Source: a candidate division WWE3 bacterium (lineage in GTDB: Bacteria; Patescibacteriota; WWE3; 2-01-FULL-39-13). Taken from it: a stretch of 64,000 nt of DNA. Made by a program: the position numbers and the translations under genes. Location: positions 12,939 to 76,938 of the forward strand of contig CALRDH010000003.1 of the NCBI GenBank assembly GCA_943354835.1, read 5' to 3'. The notes under the pieces are model-generated. The model made no database searches. It was given only the letters and a program-made list of their open reading frames with translations, and was not told the DNA's origin. Shown one piece after another: positions 29,312 through 38,968 of the stretch (positions are counted from its first letter, which is position 1; every line of letters starts with the position of its first letter).

Positions 29312-30526
29312 ATGCTTTTTATTATTTTATCTAACCAACAGTTTGATTCGACTTTTAAGACTAATAAGTGGCATGTTGCAAATCAGCTTGTTGCGAAGGG
29401 CCATAAGGTTATTTTTGTAGATCCACCGTTACGTTTTAAGGCGATAAAGAATTTTTCAAGGGTTATTGACCAAAAGTCAGAGAATTTGATTGTTTATAAG
29501 CCAATTAATTTGTTGAATTTCAAGCCAGTTTCTAAGTTAAATACAATCTCACAGGTTAATATTATTGAAAGCGCAATTAAAATTTTAAAAGCAGAGAATG
29601 AAAAAAGAATTTTGTATATTTATCACTTTGATTTTCCTGATTTAAGAGATTTTATAAAAGATTTTAAACACGACGTTAAAGTCTATGATTGCGTTGATAT
29701 TTATTCAGAATTCCCGGAATATGCAACGGGGGCAAAGGTAAATCCTTCGATTATTTCTTTGATTCAACATTTAGATGATGCGTTGAAAATCAAATTCAAT
29801 CAAAACGGCTTAAGTCTAAAAGCATGGGTTGATAATCAAGAAGAATGGCTATGCCAGACTTGCGATTTAGTTTTTGCAAGCGCTCCAGGAATCGTTAAAC
29901 ACTTAAATAAATGGAGAAAAGACGTTGAATATCTTCCAAATGCTGTGATATTTGAAAAATATGATCACAAAGGCAAACTGACAGAACCAAACGACATAAG
30001 GAGTCTTACTCACCCAAGAATTGGATTTATAGGAGCAATTGATAGCTACAAAAACAACATTAAACTAATCGAGGAATCTGCAAAAACATATCCAAACTAT
30101 CAATTTGTAATGATTGGACCAGAAAAGGTTTCGGATCCAGACTTGGACCTATCTGTACTCAAAAGTTTAGAGAACGTGCATTTCCTAGGCGAAAAGCCAT
30201 GGGATGAAACACCTGCATACTTTGACCATTTTGATGCACACTTCATTCCATACAATATAAATGACTATACAATCGGCTGCCATCCAATTAAATATTTTGA
30301 AGGAATGGCAGCCGGACTTCCTACAATAACAACACTTTCGTCAATCAAAGAATTTGATATCGACGGATACTCTACTGAAAATTCAAAACAATTCATAAAA
30401 AACATAAAAATCGCAATAGAAGAAGACAACGCTGAAAAAAGAAAAGCACGAAAAGAATTAGCAAAAAAACACAGCTGGAGTAGTAAAGTGGATAAGCAGG
30501 TAGAATTGATTAACAGTAAATTATAG
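29312..30526 (+). CDS. GT-B glycosyltransferase (TuaH-like)
   Basis: VYDCVD, LPNAV, IGFIGAI, PIKYFEGMAAGLP. Confidence 0.9.
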   Translation: MLFIILSNQQFDSTFKTNKWHVANQLVAKGHKVIFVDPPLRFKAIKNFSRVIDQKSENLIVYKPINLLNFKPVSKLNTISQVNIIESAIKILKAENEKRILYIYHFDFPDLRDFIKDFKHDVKVYDCVDIYSEFPEYATGAKVNPSIISLIQHLDDALKIKFNQNGLSLKAWVDNQEEWLCQTCDLVFASAPGIVKHLNKWRKDVEYLPNAVIFEKYDHKGKLTEPNDIRSLTHPRIGFIGAIDSYKNNIKLIEESAKTYPNYQFVMIGPEKVSDPDLDLSVLKSLENVHFLGEKPWDETPAYFDHFDAHFIPYNINDYTIGCHPIKYFEGMAAGLPTITTLSSIKEFDIDGYSTENSKQFIKNIKIAIEEDNAEKRKARKELAKKHSWSSKVDKQVELINSKL

Positions 30527-31363
30527 TCTCCGCGCAACAACCCAAATAGTATCGAAGATGTTTATTCCAAGGATTTTGTTTACGAGGTTGCATATAAAGT
30601 AGTAAATCTGAAGGCGCATTAGTTTTAATCCTTCGTTTGCGTAGTATGGATCTGGACCAAGCTCAATGATTTCAAAGTCTTTTGATTCCAAGAAAGCTCC
30701 AAGAACTTGAGGTGTGAAGTGCGAAAGATGAATTTCATCAATACTTCCGTCTAGTTTGATTTTTTTTAAGTAAGGCTTCCCTATTATTTTTTTGACTATC
30801 GTCTTTAAACTATAAATATCGTTTGGAACTGCGATTGTTAGAATTCCGCCTGGATTCAGGAGTTCATAGACGTTTGCAATTGTGCCATTTACGTCATTAA
30901 CATGCTCCAAAAGATGAAACATTGAGATATTGTCGAATTTCTTGTTTTTGAAATCTATATCGTCTAAAGTGCCGTGAAATATATCTATATTGTATTTTTC
31001 CTTCGCAATTTTTACAGCGGAATCAGATACTTCAGTTCCAAAAACTTCTGTATAGAAGGGTTTTGCAATATCAAGGAATTGTGCAATTCCGCACCCAACG
31101 TCAAGAAGAGTTCCTTTTTTTATGTTTTTTCGCATCTTTTTAACGCGTCTTTGCCATAAAACTTTACGTGGAGCCAAATTTGAAAGCCAACCATCGTACT
31201 TTGAACCTTTTGAATAATAATTGATAATTTCCTTTAAAGTTGGGCGCGGATTGTCGAATATATATCGACAATCCGCGCATCTATACAGCCCAACTCTATC
31301 ATCAAACATTTCAATATTTTTGCTTTTACAAAGGTTGCACTCATTAATAAATTCCGTTTCCAT
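30521..31363 (-). CDS. Class I SAM methyltransferase with N-terminal Cys motifs
   Basis: CNLC..CADC, LLDVGCGIA, FHLLEHV, LNPGG..VPN. Confidence 0.9.
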   Translation of the reverse strand: METEFINECNLCKSKNIEMFDDRVGLYRCADCRYIFDNPRPTLKEIINYYSKGSKYDGWLSNLAPRKVLWQRRVKKMRKNIKKGTLLDVGCGIAQFLDIAKPFYTEVFGTEVSDSAVKIAKEKYNIDIFHGTLDDIDFKNKKFDNISMFHLLEHVNDVNGTIANVYELLNPGGILTIAVPNDIYSLKTIVKKIIGKPYLKKIKLDGSIDEIHLSHFTPQVLGAFLESKDFEIIELGPDPYYANEGLKLMRLQIYYFICNLVNKILGINIFDTIWVVARRL

Positions 31364-31404
31364 TGAAGAATAATACCAAATAATTCATGTGTTAGAATTT
31401 CAGC

Positions 31405-32529
31405 ATGCGAATAGGCATAAATGGCCAAGTATTGTTTATAGATGAAATCGAAAAAACAGGCCCCGTAACATATCTTAAAAATCTTTTAATAGGAATTTCA
31501 AAAATTGATAATAAAAGTTCATATTCAGTTTATTTATCAAGCAAAATAAACAAGGATTCCTTTGAGGAATTTAAATCACAATTTCCTGACAATTTTAATT
31601 TCAAAGTTCTTGAAGTTAAGCCTTCCTGGATGCAAGTTTCACTGGCAAAAGAGCTTTTTCAAAACCCAGTTGATATTTTTTTCACTTCAACACATTCAAT
31701 TCCTTTTCTTTTAAATCCAAAGGTAAAAGTTGTCTCAATGATTCATGGACTAGAATACAAAACAAACAAACAGTATATAAATTCGCCGATTATGGCTTTA
31801 ATTCACCCATTAATAATTTCGTGGGTTCTAAAATTTTCAAAAAAAATCATAACACCATCAAATGCTACCAAAGATGCAATTTTGAAATCATTCAACATCC
31901 AAGAAGAAAAAATAAATGTTATTCACGAAGGCGTAAGTAGCGATTTTTATAAAAGGACAATAAGCGAAATCACAGCAGTTAGGAAAAAATATAAACTCGA
32001 AGATTTTAAATATTTGCTATTTGTGTCAACAATTCAGCCAAGAAAGAATATTCCAAAAATGATTGAAGCATTTGCAAAAGCTTTAAAGGAAAATCCAAAA
32101 CTTAAAAATATTAAACTCGTTATTGCTGGAAAAAACGGCTGGATGTACGAAGAATCATTAAATTCACCAAGCAAATTCGGTGTTTCTGAAAACGTTATAT
32201 TTACAGGACCAATCTCAAGCGAAGATCTCCCCGTATTGTTTTCTGGAGCAATTGCATTTGTGTCTTGTTCACTAGAAGAAGGCTTTGGTTTACCACTTTT
32301 GGAAAGCTTGGCGTGCGAAACTCCTGCAATGGTTTCAGATATACCATCATTTCGCGAAATAGGAGAAGATAAAGTAATATACATCGATCCAAATAACACA
32401 GAAAGCATAAAAAACGGGTTTTTAGAAATCGTTTCAAACCCATTAACAAAAAATTTAGAGGGCCTGGCCCGAAAATATACGTGGGAAAAAACGGCTAAGG
32501 AAACGCTTCAGATAATGAAAGATCTTTGA
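31405..32529 (+). CDS. Glycosyltransferase family 4
   Basis: STIQPRKN, EEGFGLPLLES. Confidence 0.93.
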   Translation: MRIGINGQVLFIDEIEKTGPVTYLKNLLIGISKIDNKSSYSVYLSSKINKDSFEEFKSQFPDNFNFKVLEVKPSWMQVSLAKELFQNPVDIFFTSTHSIPFLLNPKVKVVSMIHGLEYKTNKQYINSPIMALIHPLIISWVLKFSKKIITPSNATKDAILKSFNIQEEKINVIHEGVSSDFYKRTISEITAVRKKYKLEDFKYLLFVSTIQPRKNIPKMIEAFAKALKENPKLKNIKLVIAGKNGWMYEESLNSPSKFGVSENVIFTGPISSEDLPVLFSGAIAFVSCSLEEGFGLPLLESLACETPAMVSDIPSFREIGEDKVIYIDPNNTESIKNGFLEIVSNPLTKNLEGLARKYTWEKTAKETLQIMKDL

Positions 32530-33633
32530 TTCAGTAATTCCAGCAACACTAACCATAACAATGCCAAATAAACTTGGCAAAATATATCTTAAATATCTTT
32601 TATCCGAAACATTAACAAATAACATATACGTAATGAAAATAATAAATATTGATAATAAATATTTTTTCTTTTCTTTACTTTTTATATAAAAAGCTAGCAA
32701 TCCTCCAAACACAAAAACCGTCCAGAATATTAAAGTAAAATTTCCTCCTGCTAATTCGAAATAATATAAAACTCCGTTGTAATACCTTATGTGAAACGGA
32801 ACTAGACCGACAAGGTCATCAGTGATCCCACGCGAGGAAATTAATATATATTTAATTGTCTGTATTGGTGCAACCCACATAGGTGGATAAACGGCTATAA
32901 AGGTTAAAATCGAGATTAATAAAAATTTAAAGAAATTTAAGAATCCGTTTAGAAATCCTTTATACATAATAAATACAAATAAAATTGCGGGTAAAAATAA
33001 AACTCCCATAAATCTTGTCAAAAGCGCAAACCCGAAAAAAACAGCTGGCAGAACAAAAAAACGTCGTTTAGATCTTAAATAATCCAAAAGTCCGACTACT
33101 GCAGAAATCGTAAACATAAAAAATATAAAATCTAGGTGTAAATCCTTTGATAAATCAACGGATATTGGTTCAAATAATATTAAAAGCGACCATATAACAG
33201 AAGGAATAATTCCAAAAACACCGGCAAATAAAAAAACAGTATATCCAAAAAGTAATCCAGAGACTAAAACAAGCGGAAATTTTGCCCAATAAAGTTCATA
33301 ATTCAAATATGGACATTGATAATCCATATAGGCACATTCTTCATAATTTTTATCAGTCATAAATTTAATTTTTTTTGCAATTTTGTTAGAAAAGCCAGAA
33401 AAAGTCATTATGGTAACACCTGGATGATATGAAATATAGCCTGCATACCCTAAATCTTTACCTTCAATGTATCCACCTTTTAAATTTGTACTTACTATCC
33501 AAGGATAATAATTAATTCGATATAACCAACTAAAATTGTCTTCAAATGGAGGATTCGAGTTAAGACTTGTTAATCTAGTTATAAAAAATATAGCAACTAC
33601 AACAATTGCTAAGACTAACCTATAATTTTTCAT
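32455..33633 (-). CDS. GT-C superfamily membrane glycosyltransferase
   Basis: HPGVT, LHLD, FALLTR, RYILP; multi-TM. Confidence 0.75.
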   Translation of the reverse strand: MKNYRLVLAIVVVAIFFITRLTSLNSNPPFEDNFSWLYRINYYPWIVSTNLKGGYIEGKDLGYAGYISYHPGVTIMTFSGFSNKIAKKIKFMTDKNYEECAYMDYQCPYLNYELYWAKFPLVLVSGLLFGYTVFLFAGVFGIIPSVIWSLLILFEPISVDLSKDLHLDFIFFMFTISAVVGLLDYLRSKRRFFVLPAVFFGFALLTRFMGVLFLPAILFVFIMYKGFLNGFLNFFKFLLISILTFIAVYPPMWVAPIQTIKYILISSRGITDDLVGLVPFHIRYYNGVLYYFELAGGNFTLIFWTVFVFGGLLAFYIKSKEKKKYLLSIFIIFITYMLFVNVSDKRYLRYILPSLFGIVMVSVAGITESKIFHYLKRFLSRFFPRIFSGQAL

Positions 33634-35104
33634 TCTTTATTAGAACTATTTTCGACTTTGTTAAAAATTTACCGCTTTGAAATGGTCCCATTATTGGATT
33701 TTTGCATGAAGCACAATTCTCATCGTCAAATCTAATTTCATACCTATAGTCGCTTAAGTTGACGTTATATAAGCTATTCCATGCGTGATCTGCTCGGATT
33801 AATTTCTTTTCTATTCCAAAACTTTCGGAAGTCGTATTTCCCAACTCCCATATTATATTTTGTCTCGAAATAAATTCCGATGAAAAATCTAAAGAAATAA
33901 ACCCCTCAAGGACGATGAATATTATTAAAATTTTGGAATTTATTTTGTAATCTGAAAGCTTCAATAACAAAAACATTGCAATTGGTATCAAGATTAAAAT
34001 ATACCTATCAAAAACAAAAGGATTAACAATTATTAAAAAAATACCAAATAATAATGAATAAAATTCAAACGAAATAGTAAAATTTTTAATTGACTTTAAA
34101 TTCATATTTAAAAAAGCAAATATCACCATTATAAAAAGCGAAAAAGAAGATATTAAATTAAAAATCGATGAATAGTTATATCCAGTCGGAGCTCCAGTAA
34201 GTCCCTGATAAAAAAATCCCATCGAAGTAAATACGTTTGGATAGTAAGGAAATATTTTCCATGGAAAATTTGTATTGATAAATAACAAATATAAGGCATA
34301 ACTAACAAGTAAAGTTGCTACTAAAACTAAAACATTTTTTAACTTATATAGCGTTGCCGTGAGTGTAATTGGCAATAAAAATATTGATATATATATTAAA
34401 CTCGCGAATATATTTGAATAGACATGTTTTATGCTATTTAGATTTTCAAATTTTATGCTTTTTTGACCAGTCATCTCTGATGTCATTGGAAATATAAAAA
34501 AGTAGAATGCTAAAACCATTATCAAAATCAAAAGGTTAATCATCGCAGGCCTATACTTTTTAGAAACTACTTGAGCTATAACAACACCTACTGGTATTAC
34601 TATTGCAGACTGTTTTGCGAGAAATCCTAATATCCAAGAAACACTAAGCTTAATATTTGAGCTCTTATTTGCAAAATATATAGACATTAAAATAAAAAAC
34701 AAAAGATAGATTTCAGTCATAAAGCCCCAAACTGAATATATAAAGATAGGGTTCAAAAATATTAGTAATCCAAGCAACGCACTATTTATTTTAGTTTGTT
34801 TGTAAAATTTATACGAAATTAAGGTCGTGACATAGAAACACGAGACCGCGACAAACAATGTCACCACAGGCAACAAGTTCAATGGAAATACAGATGCGAA
34901 TATCATACCCAAAACACCTTGTGTATAAAAAGTCGTCGCTGTAACAGAAAGTAGCTCAAAATTGCCAGTCAAAAACCTTGCAACACTAACATATCTATTC
35001 CAATCATCATTTTGCATGAATCTAATTGATATCGAAACAGGAAGAATCAATATAAAAAGAGCTAAAGCTACAAAGCCAATTTTAGAATACGATAAAAAGC
35101 GCAT
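33620..35104 (-). CDS. GT-C-like multi-TM membrane protein
   Basis: QNDDW acidic loop, FMTE, FDRY; many TM. Confidence 0.7.
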   Translation of the reverse strand: MRFLSYSKIGFVALALFILILPVSISIRFMQNDDWNRYVSVARFLTGNFELLSVTATTFYTQGVLGMIFASVFPLNLLPVVTLFVAVSCFYVTTLISYKFYKQTKINSALLGLLIFLNPIFIYSVWGFMTEIYLLFFILMSIYFANKSSNIKLSVSWILGFLAKQSAIVIPVGVVIAQVVSKKYRPAMINLLILIMVLAFYFFIFPMTSEMTGQKSIKFENLNSIKHVYSNIFASLIYISIFLLPITLTATLYKLKNVLVLVATLLVSYALYLLFINTNFPWKIFPYYPNVFTSMGFFYQGLTGAPTGYNYSSIFNLISSFSLFIMVIFAFLNMNLKSIKNFTISFEFYSLLFGIFLIIVNPFVFDRYILILIPIAMFLLLKLSDYKINSKILIIFIVLEGFISLDFSSEFISRQNIIWELGNTTSESFGIEKKLIRADHAWNSLYNVNLSDYRYEIRFDDENCASCKNPIMGPFQSGKFLTKSKIVLIKNEKL

Positions 35105-36410
35105 ATATTAATAAAAAGATACCAGATAATATTGGAGATATTTCGGCAAGTTTTTCAAACCTCCCATACGTTTTGTTTTTTAATTTTGAAATAATAAAAA
35201 CAGTAAGTGCCAAAGCTGAAAATATTCCAAGTCCAAAAAACAAAATAACAGGAACCAAGTTCCACATTTTACCTGTCGATACAACCAGCATAAATATGGA
35301 CCATCCGAATAAACAAGGAGCAATTCCTGTAATAAAACCTAAGAATAGTTGTTCTTTAAAGCTAATATTTGTATCAAGTTCGTGTGTGTGAGTGTGTTCA
35401 CCATGTTCATGATCATGATGTTTGTGTTTCAAATTATGTCTGAAATCCAATAAATTTTTAATCAATATATAGACGGCAGTAATTAAAAGTACGTACCCAG
35501 CATATGTCCCAAGTTGTGTAAATTTCGAATAAAATTGGAAAAAGTTGTTTGCAACTGCAAATATAATTCCCATTATAATTATGTCTCCAATGTGTGTCGC
35601 CGTAAAAACTGCCGCGTATGCTAGGCCTCTTTTTAAGCTCATTTTTTTATGAAGCATTGCTGAAGCTAATATTGCCTTGCTATGACCAGCTTCGAGTGTA
35701 TGTAAGGCTCCTAATGCAAAAACTAAGATCACCATAACCAAAAGGGATTCATTTTTAATTTGGTCGGATTTCAAAAATACAACATCACCAAGTTTAGATA
35801 AAAAACTTGTCTTTTTAATCTCCTGCGTTTGTTGATTTGCCGTTGCTCCAGGATTTTTATTGTCTGTAATCGAAAAACTGTATTCTGTTTTGTTTTTATT
35901 TAATTCGGTTTCAAATAGTGTTTCATCACCTTTTGAAACGTCCATAAAATTAATTCCAGCATCGAAATCATCAACAAAAAGTGTGTTTATTAATTTAACA
36001 TTATCTATTTGATCTTCGCATTTATGGGTCATAACCGTGCGTGTTCCTAATGAAAGTGAAATCTGCTCTTCAGTAACTGGGGATTCGTCGACAATTTTCT
36101 TGCATTCTTTTTCATTGTTATAAATTGTTAAATGATTTTTAACATAATCGTTATAAACATTTTGATATTTGAGAAGTTCTTGTATATCTTGAGCCTTTGT
36201 CCCATCAAATTTTTCAACCAAAAGCGCGGATTGAAACCAATTTATGTACGTGTAAGATTTAATGACGTCATCATTTAAGCGAGCACCGTCAACCTCATCA
36301 AAAATATATAGATAAGAATCAGTATTATCAGGAGGATCAGCATACGAAACCCCACGAAATAAAAATGAAAAAATAAATAGGAAAATAAAAAAAACTGGGA
36401 TGGATTTCAC
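35082..36410 (-). CDS. RcnA/HoxN-type nickel-cobalt transporter with extracytoplasmic N-domain
   Basis: LGALHTLEAGHSK, His-rich HKHHDHEHGEHTHTHE, GIAPC. Confidence 0.85.
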   Translation of the reverse strand: MKSIPVFFIFLFIFSFLFRGVSYADPPDNTDSYLYIFDEVDGARLNDDVIKSYTYINWFQSALLVEKFDGTKAQDIQELLKYQNVYNDYVKNHLTIYNNEKECKKIVDESPVTEEQISLSLGTRTVMTHKCEDQIDNVKLINTLFVDDFDAGINFMDVSKGDETLFETELNKNKTEYSFSITDNKNPGATANQQTQEIKKTSFLSKLGDVVFLKSDQIKNESLLVMVILVFALGALHTLEAGHSKAILASAMLHKKMSLKRGLAYAAVFTATHIGDIIIMGIIFAVANNFFQFYSKFTQLGTYAGYVLLITAVYILIKNLLDFRHNLKHKHHDHEHGEHTHTHELDTNISFKEQLFLGFITGIAPCLFGWSIFMLVVSTGKMWNLVPVILFFGLGIFSALALTVFIISKLKNKTYGRFEKLAEISPILSGIFLLIYALFIVF

Positions 36411-36486
36411 TTGAATATTATACCGTACAAAAATTCTGATAAACAGAATTGATTAATCTACAAAAACAACCTAAAATCACGATTAG

Positions 36487-38293
36487 ATGGAAAAAACAAA
36501 AGTCAAAGATTTTCTAAAAGTGCTGAAATGGGTGATTGTCCTTTATTTTCAAAATCTCTCCGTTTAGAACGGGATTTTTAATAATTGCGAAAATAATCGA
36601 TGCTGTTGGCGGATTAGCCTGGGCATTTATATTCGGTAAATTGATAGACCAAATTGGCAAACAAATGACATCACAAAATCCGTCAATTGAAAGTCTATAT
36701 CCATTTTTAGGTTACATATTTATCTACTACTTGTTTTTTGAAGGTGTGTTTTCTGAATTATATTGGTACTGTCGAAGATCATTGCGATATATAAGCAAAT
36801 CAAAAATAGAAATTATATTTTATACAAAATTAAATGAGCTAGGTATTCAAACGCTCGAAGAACCAGAAATGCAAAACAGAATAAAAAGAGCAGATGAATG
36901 GTTGGGTGATTCGTTGTACGTTCTTGATTCAATCGTAGACACAATTTCAAATATTTTTCTAACAATATCAACAGCTTTTATATTATATAAATATATTCCA
37001 ACGATGATACCTATATTGGCAATATATTCAGTAATAAGATTTCTTCCAAACAGATACTTTTCAAAACAAGATTTTAAATGGCGAGTTGATAATACAGAAA
37101 AATCGAGGGTAATCGGAAGTCTTATTAGGATCTTGCGAAACACAAACGAACTCCTTGAAATTAAAATAAATAATTCATATAAATTTCTAGATTCAAAAGT
37201 AAAACTATTTTATGAATGGTACAACAATGGATTTATTAAGATTGTAAGAAACACTCATTTAGCAAGTTTTGGCCTTGGGCTTGGACAAAATGTATTTGGG
37301 ATCGTCGGATATTTTATAATCATTAAAAAGACAATTATTAGTCATCTATCAGTTGGAGATATGCTTTTTCAATTTAGGGCACTAGATAATTTTACTAACG
37401 CACTATCGTCTGTTCTTGAAAACATAACAGGACTCTACGACGTCGCGATTAAAATGGTTGATGTTGTGTACGTTTTTGAGGCAAAACCTTTAAATATGGA
37501 AGGCAAGAAAAAGCTTCCAAAATCTACAAAACCTCCAGAGATTGAATTTCAAAATGTAACATTTAGGTATCCAAATTCCACAATTAATGTATTTGAAAAT
37601 TTAAATTTAAAATTTGTCTCCGGTGAAAATGCAGCACTTGTTGGACATAACGGAGCTGGCAAAACAACTATCGTAAAACTTTTGGCAAGAATTTATCAAG
37701 TCACAAGTGGAAAAATTTTAATAAACGGCATCGACATAAATGAACTGGATATTGAAGATTGGTACAAACAAGTCGGAATTTTATTTCAAGAATATGCATT
37801 TTATCCAAGTCTTACAGCTCGTGAAAATATAATAATGGGAAATCCTACAAGCAAATTTTCAGAAAGTGATGTAATTAAAGCTTCTGTAAATGCTGAAGCC
37901 CACGAATTTATTACTGAATATAAGTATGGCTACAACCAAATAATGAGCGAGCAATTCGAAGGTGGCACAAGACCAAGCACTGGTCAAAAACAAAAAATCG
38001 CGATTGCAAGATTCTTCTTTAGAAATCCATCCCTAGCAATTTTTGACGAGCCAACATCCGCAATCGACGCCGTTTCCGAATATCGAATCTTCAACAAGAT
38101 TTATACATTCTTTAAAAAGAAAACAGTGCTTATAATCTCACACCGATTCTCAACAGTAAGAAATGCGGACAGAATATTCGTAATAAATAAAGGCAAACTA
38201 ATCGAAGAAGGATCACACAAAGAGCTAATGAGAAAAAATGGTTACTATGCAAAAGCTTTTAATCTTCAAGCCGAAGGTTATAAGGAAAACTGA
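36487..38293 (+). CDS. ABC transporter, fused permease/ATPase; probable +1 frameshift at 36535
   Basis: GHNGAGKT, STGQKQK, IFDEPT, ISHRFST; ATG 36487 (MEKTKVKDFLKVLKWV) joins LSFIFK if A36535 is removed. Confidence 0.9.
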
Positions 38294-38634
38294 TCCAGTT
38301 TGACCAAAGAATTATTCTTTGCATCAACAAGAACAGAAATTGCATCAATTCTATATGCCATATCCAAAAACCCCCTTCCTTCGTGGGTTAGAAAGTAGTT
38401 TATTGTTCTTTTCAGGGATTTTATTTTGTACGGAGTTATTGCGTCGAGTGGATCTCCGTAATTGTTGTTTGTTCGCGTTTTCACTTCAACAAAAACTATT
38501 TCATTTTTGTCTAGTGCAATTATATCGATTTCACCCCAACGAGGCATCGAATAATTCCTGTATAAAATTTTATATGATTTGGAAATTAAAAAGTTGGTTG
38601 CAAAAGATTCACCCAAAACGCCAACATCACGCAC
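38278..38634 (-). CDS. yraN: YraN family protein
   Basis: [28 protein letters not shown]. Confidence 0.93.
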   Translation of the reverse strand: MRDVGVLGESFATNFLISKSYKILYRNYSMPRWGEIDIIALDKNEIVFVEVKTRTNNNYGDPLDAITPYKIKSLKRTINYFLTHEGRGFLDMAYRIDAISVLVDAKNNSLVKLDQFSL

Positions 38635-38950
38635 GTTTTTCTTTTACTTTCATAGCAAGTTTACCAATACGATCTCTCATATAGTAAAGTTTTGCTCTTC
38701 TAACGCTACCAGGAGTTTTTACAACTACAGATTCAATATTTGGTGAAAATTCTGGGAAAATTCTTTCAAGACCAAGTCCACCGTTTGCGATTCTTCTTAC
38801 TGTAAAAGTTTTTGATAAACCAGTACCCTTTTTAGCTATAACTAAACCTTCAAATGGCTGTATACGAGATTTCTCTCCTTCTTTAATTTTGTAGTTTACA
38901 ACAACCTTATCGCCTACATTGAAAGTTTTTGGTTTGTCTTGATTTTCCAT
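38627..38950 (-). CDS. rplS: 50S ribosomal protein L19
   Basis: [34 protein letters not shown]. Confidence 0.98.
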   Translation of the reverse strand: MENQDKPKTFNVGDKVVVNYKIKEGEKSRIQPFEGLVIAKKGTGLSKTFTVRRIANGGLGLERIFPEFSPNIESVVVKTPGSVRRAKLYYMRDRIGKLAMKVKEKRA

Positions 38951-38968
38951 AACGTCCGCAATTTTAAC

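Noticed and set aside
35384-35430. GT/CAT-rich low-complexity run
   Set aside because: Encodes the His-rich loop of the Ni/Co transporter
38278-38293. Convergent 3' overlaps (also 23838-23872, 30521-30526, 32455-32529, 62250-62279)
   Set aside because: Common in compact genomes; no specific signal seen
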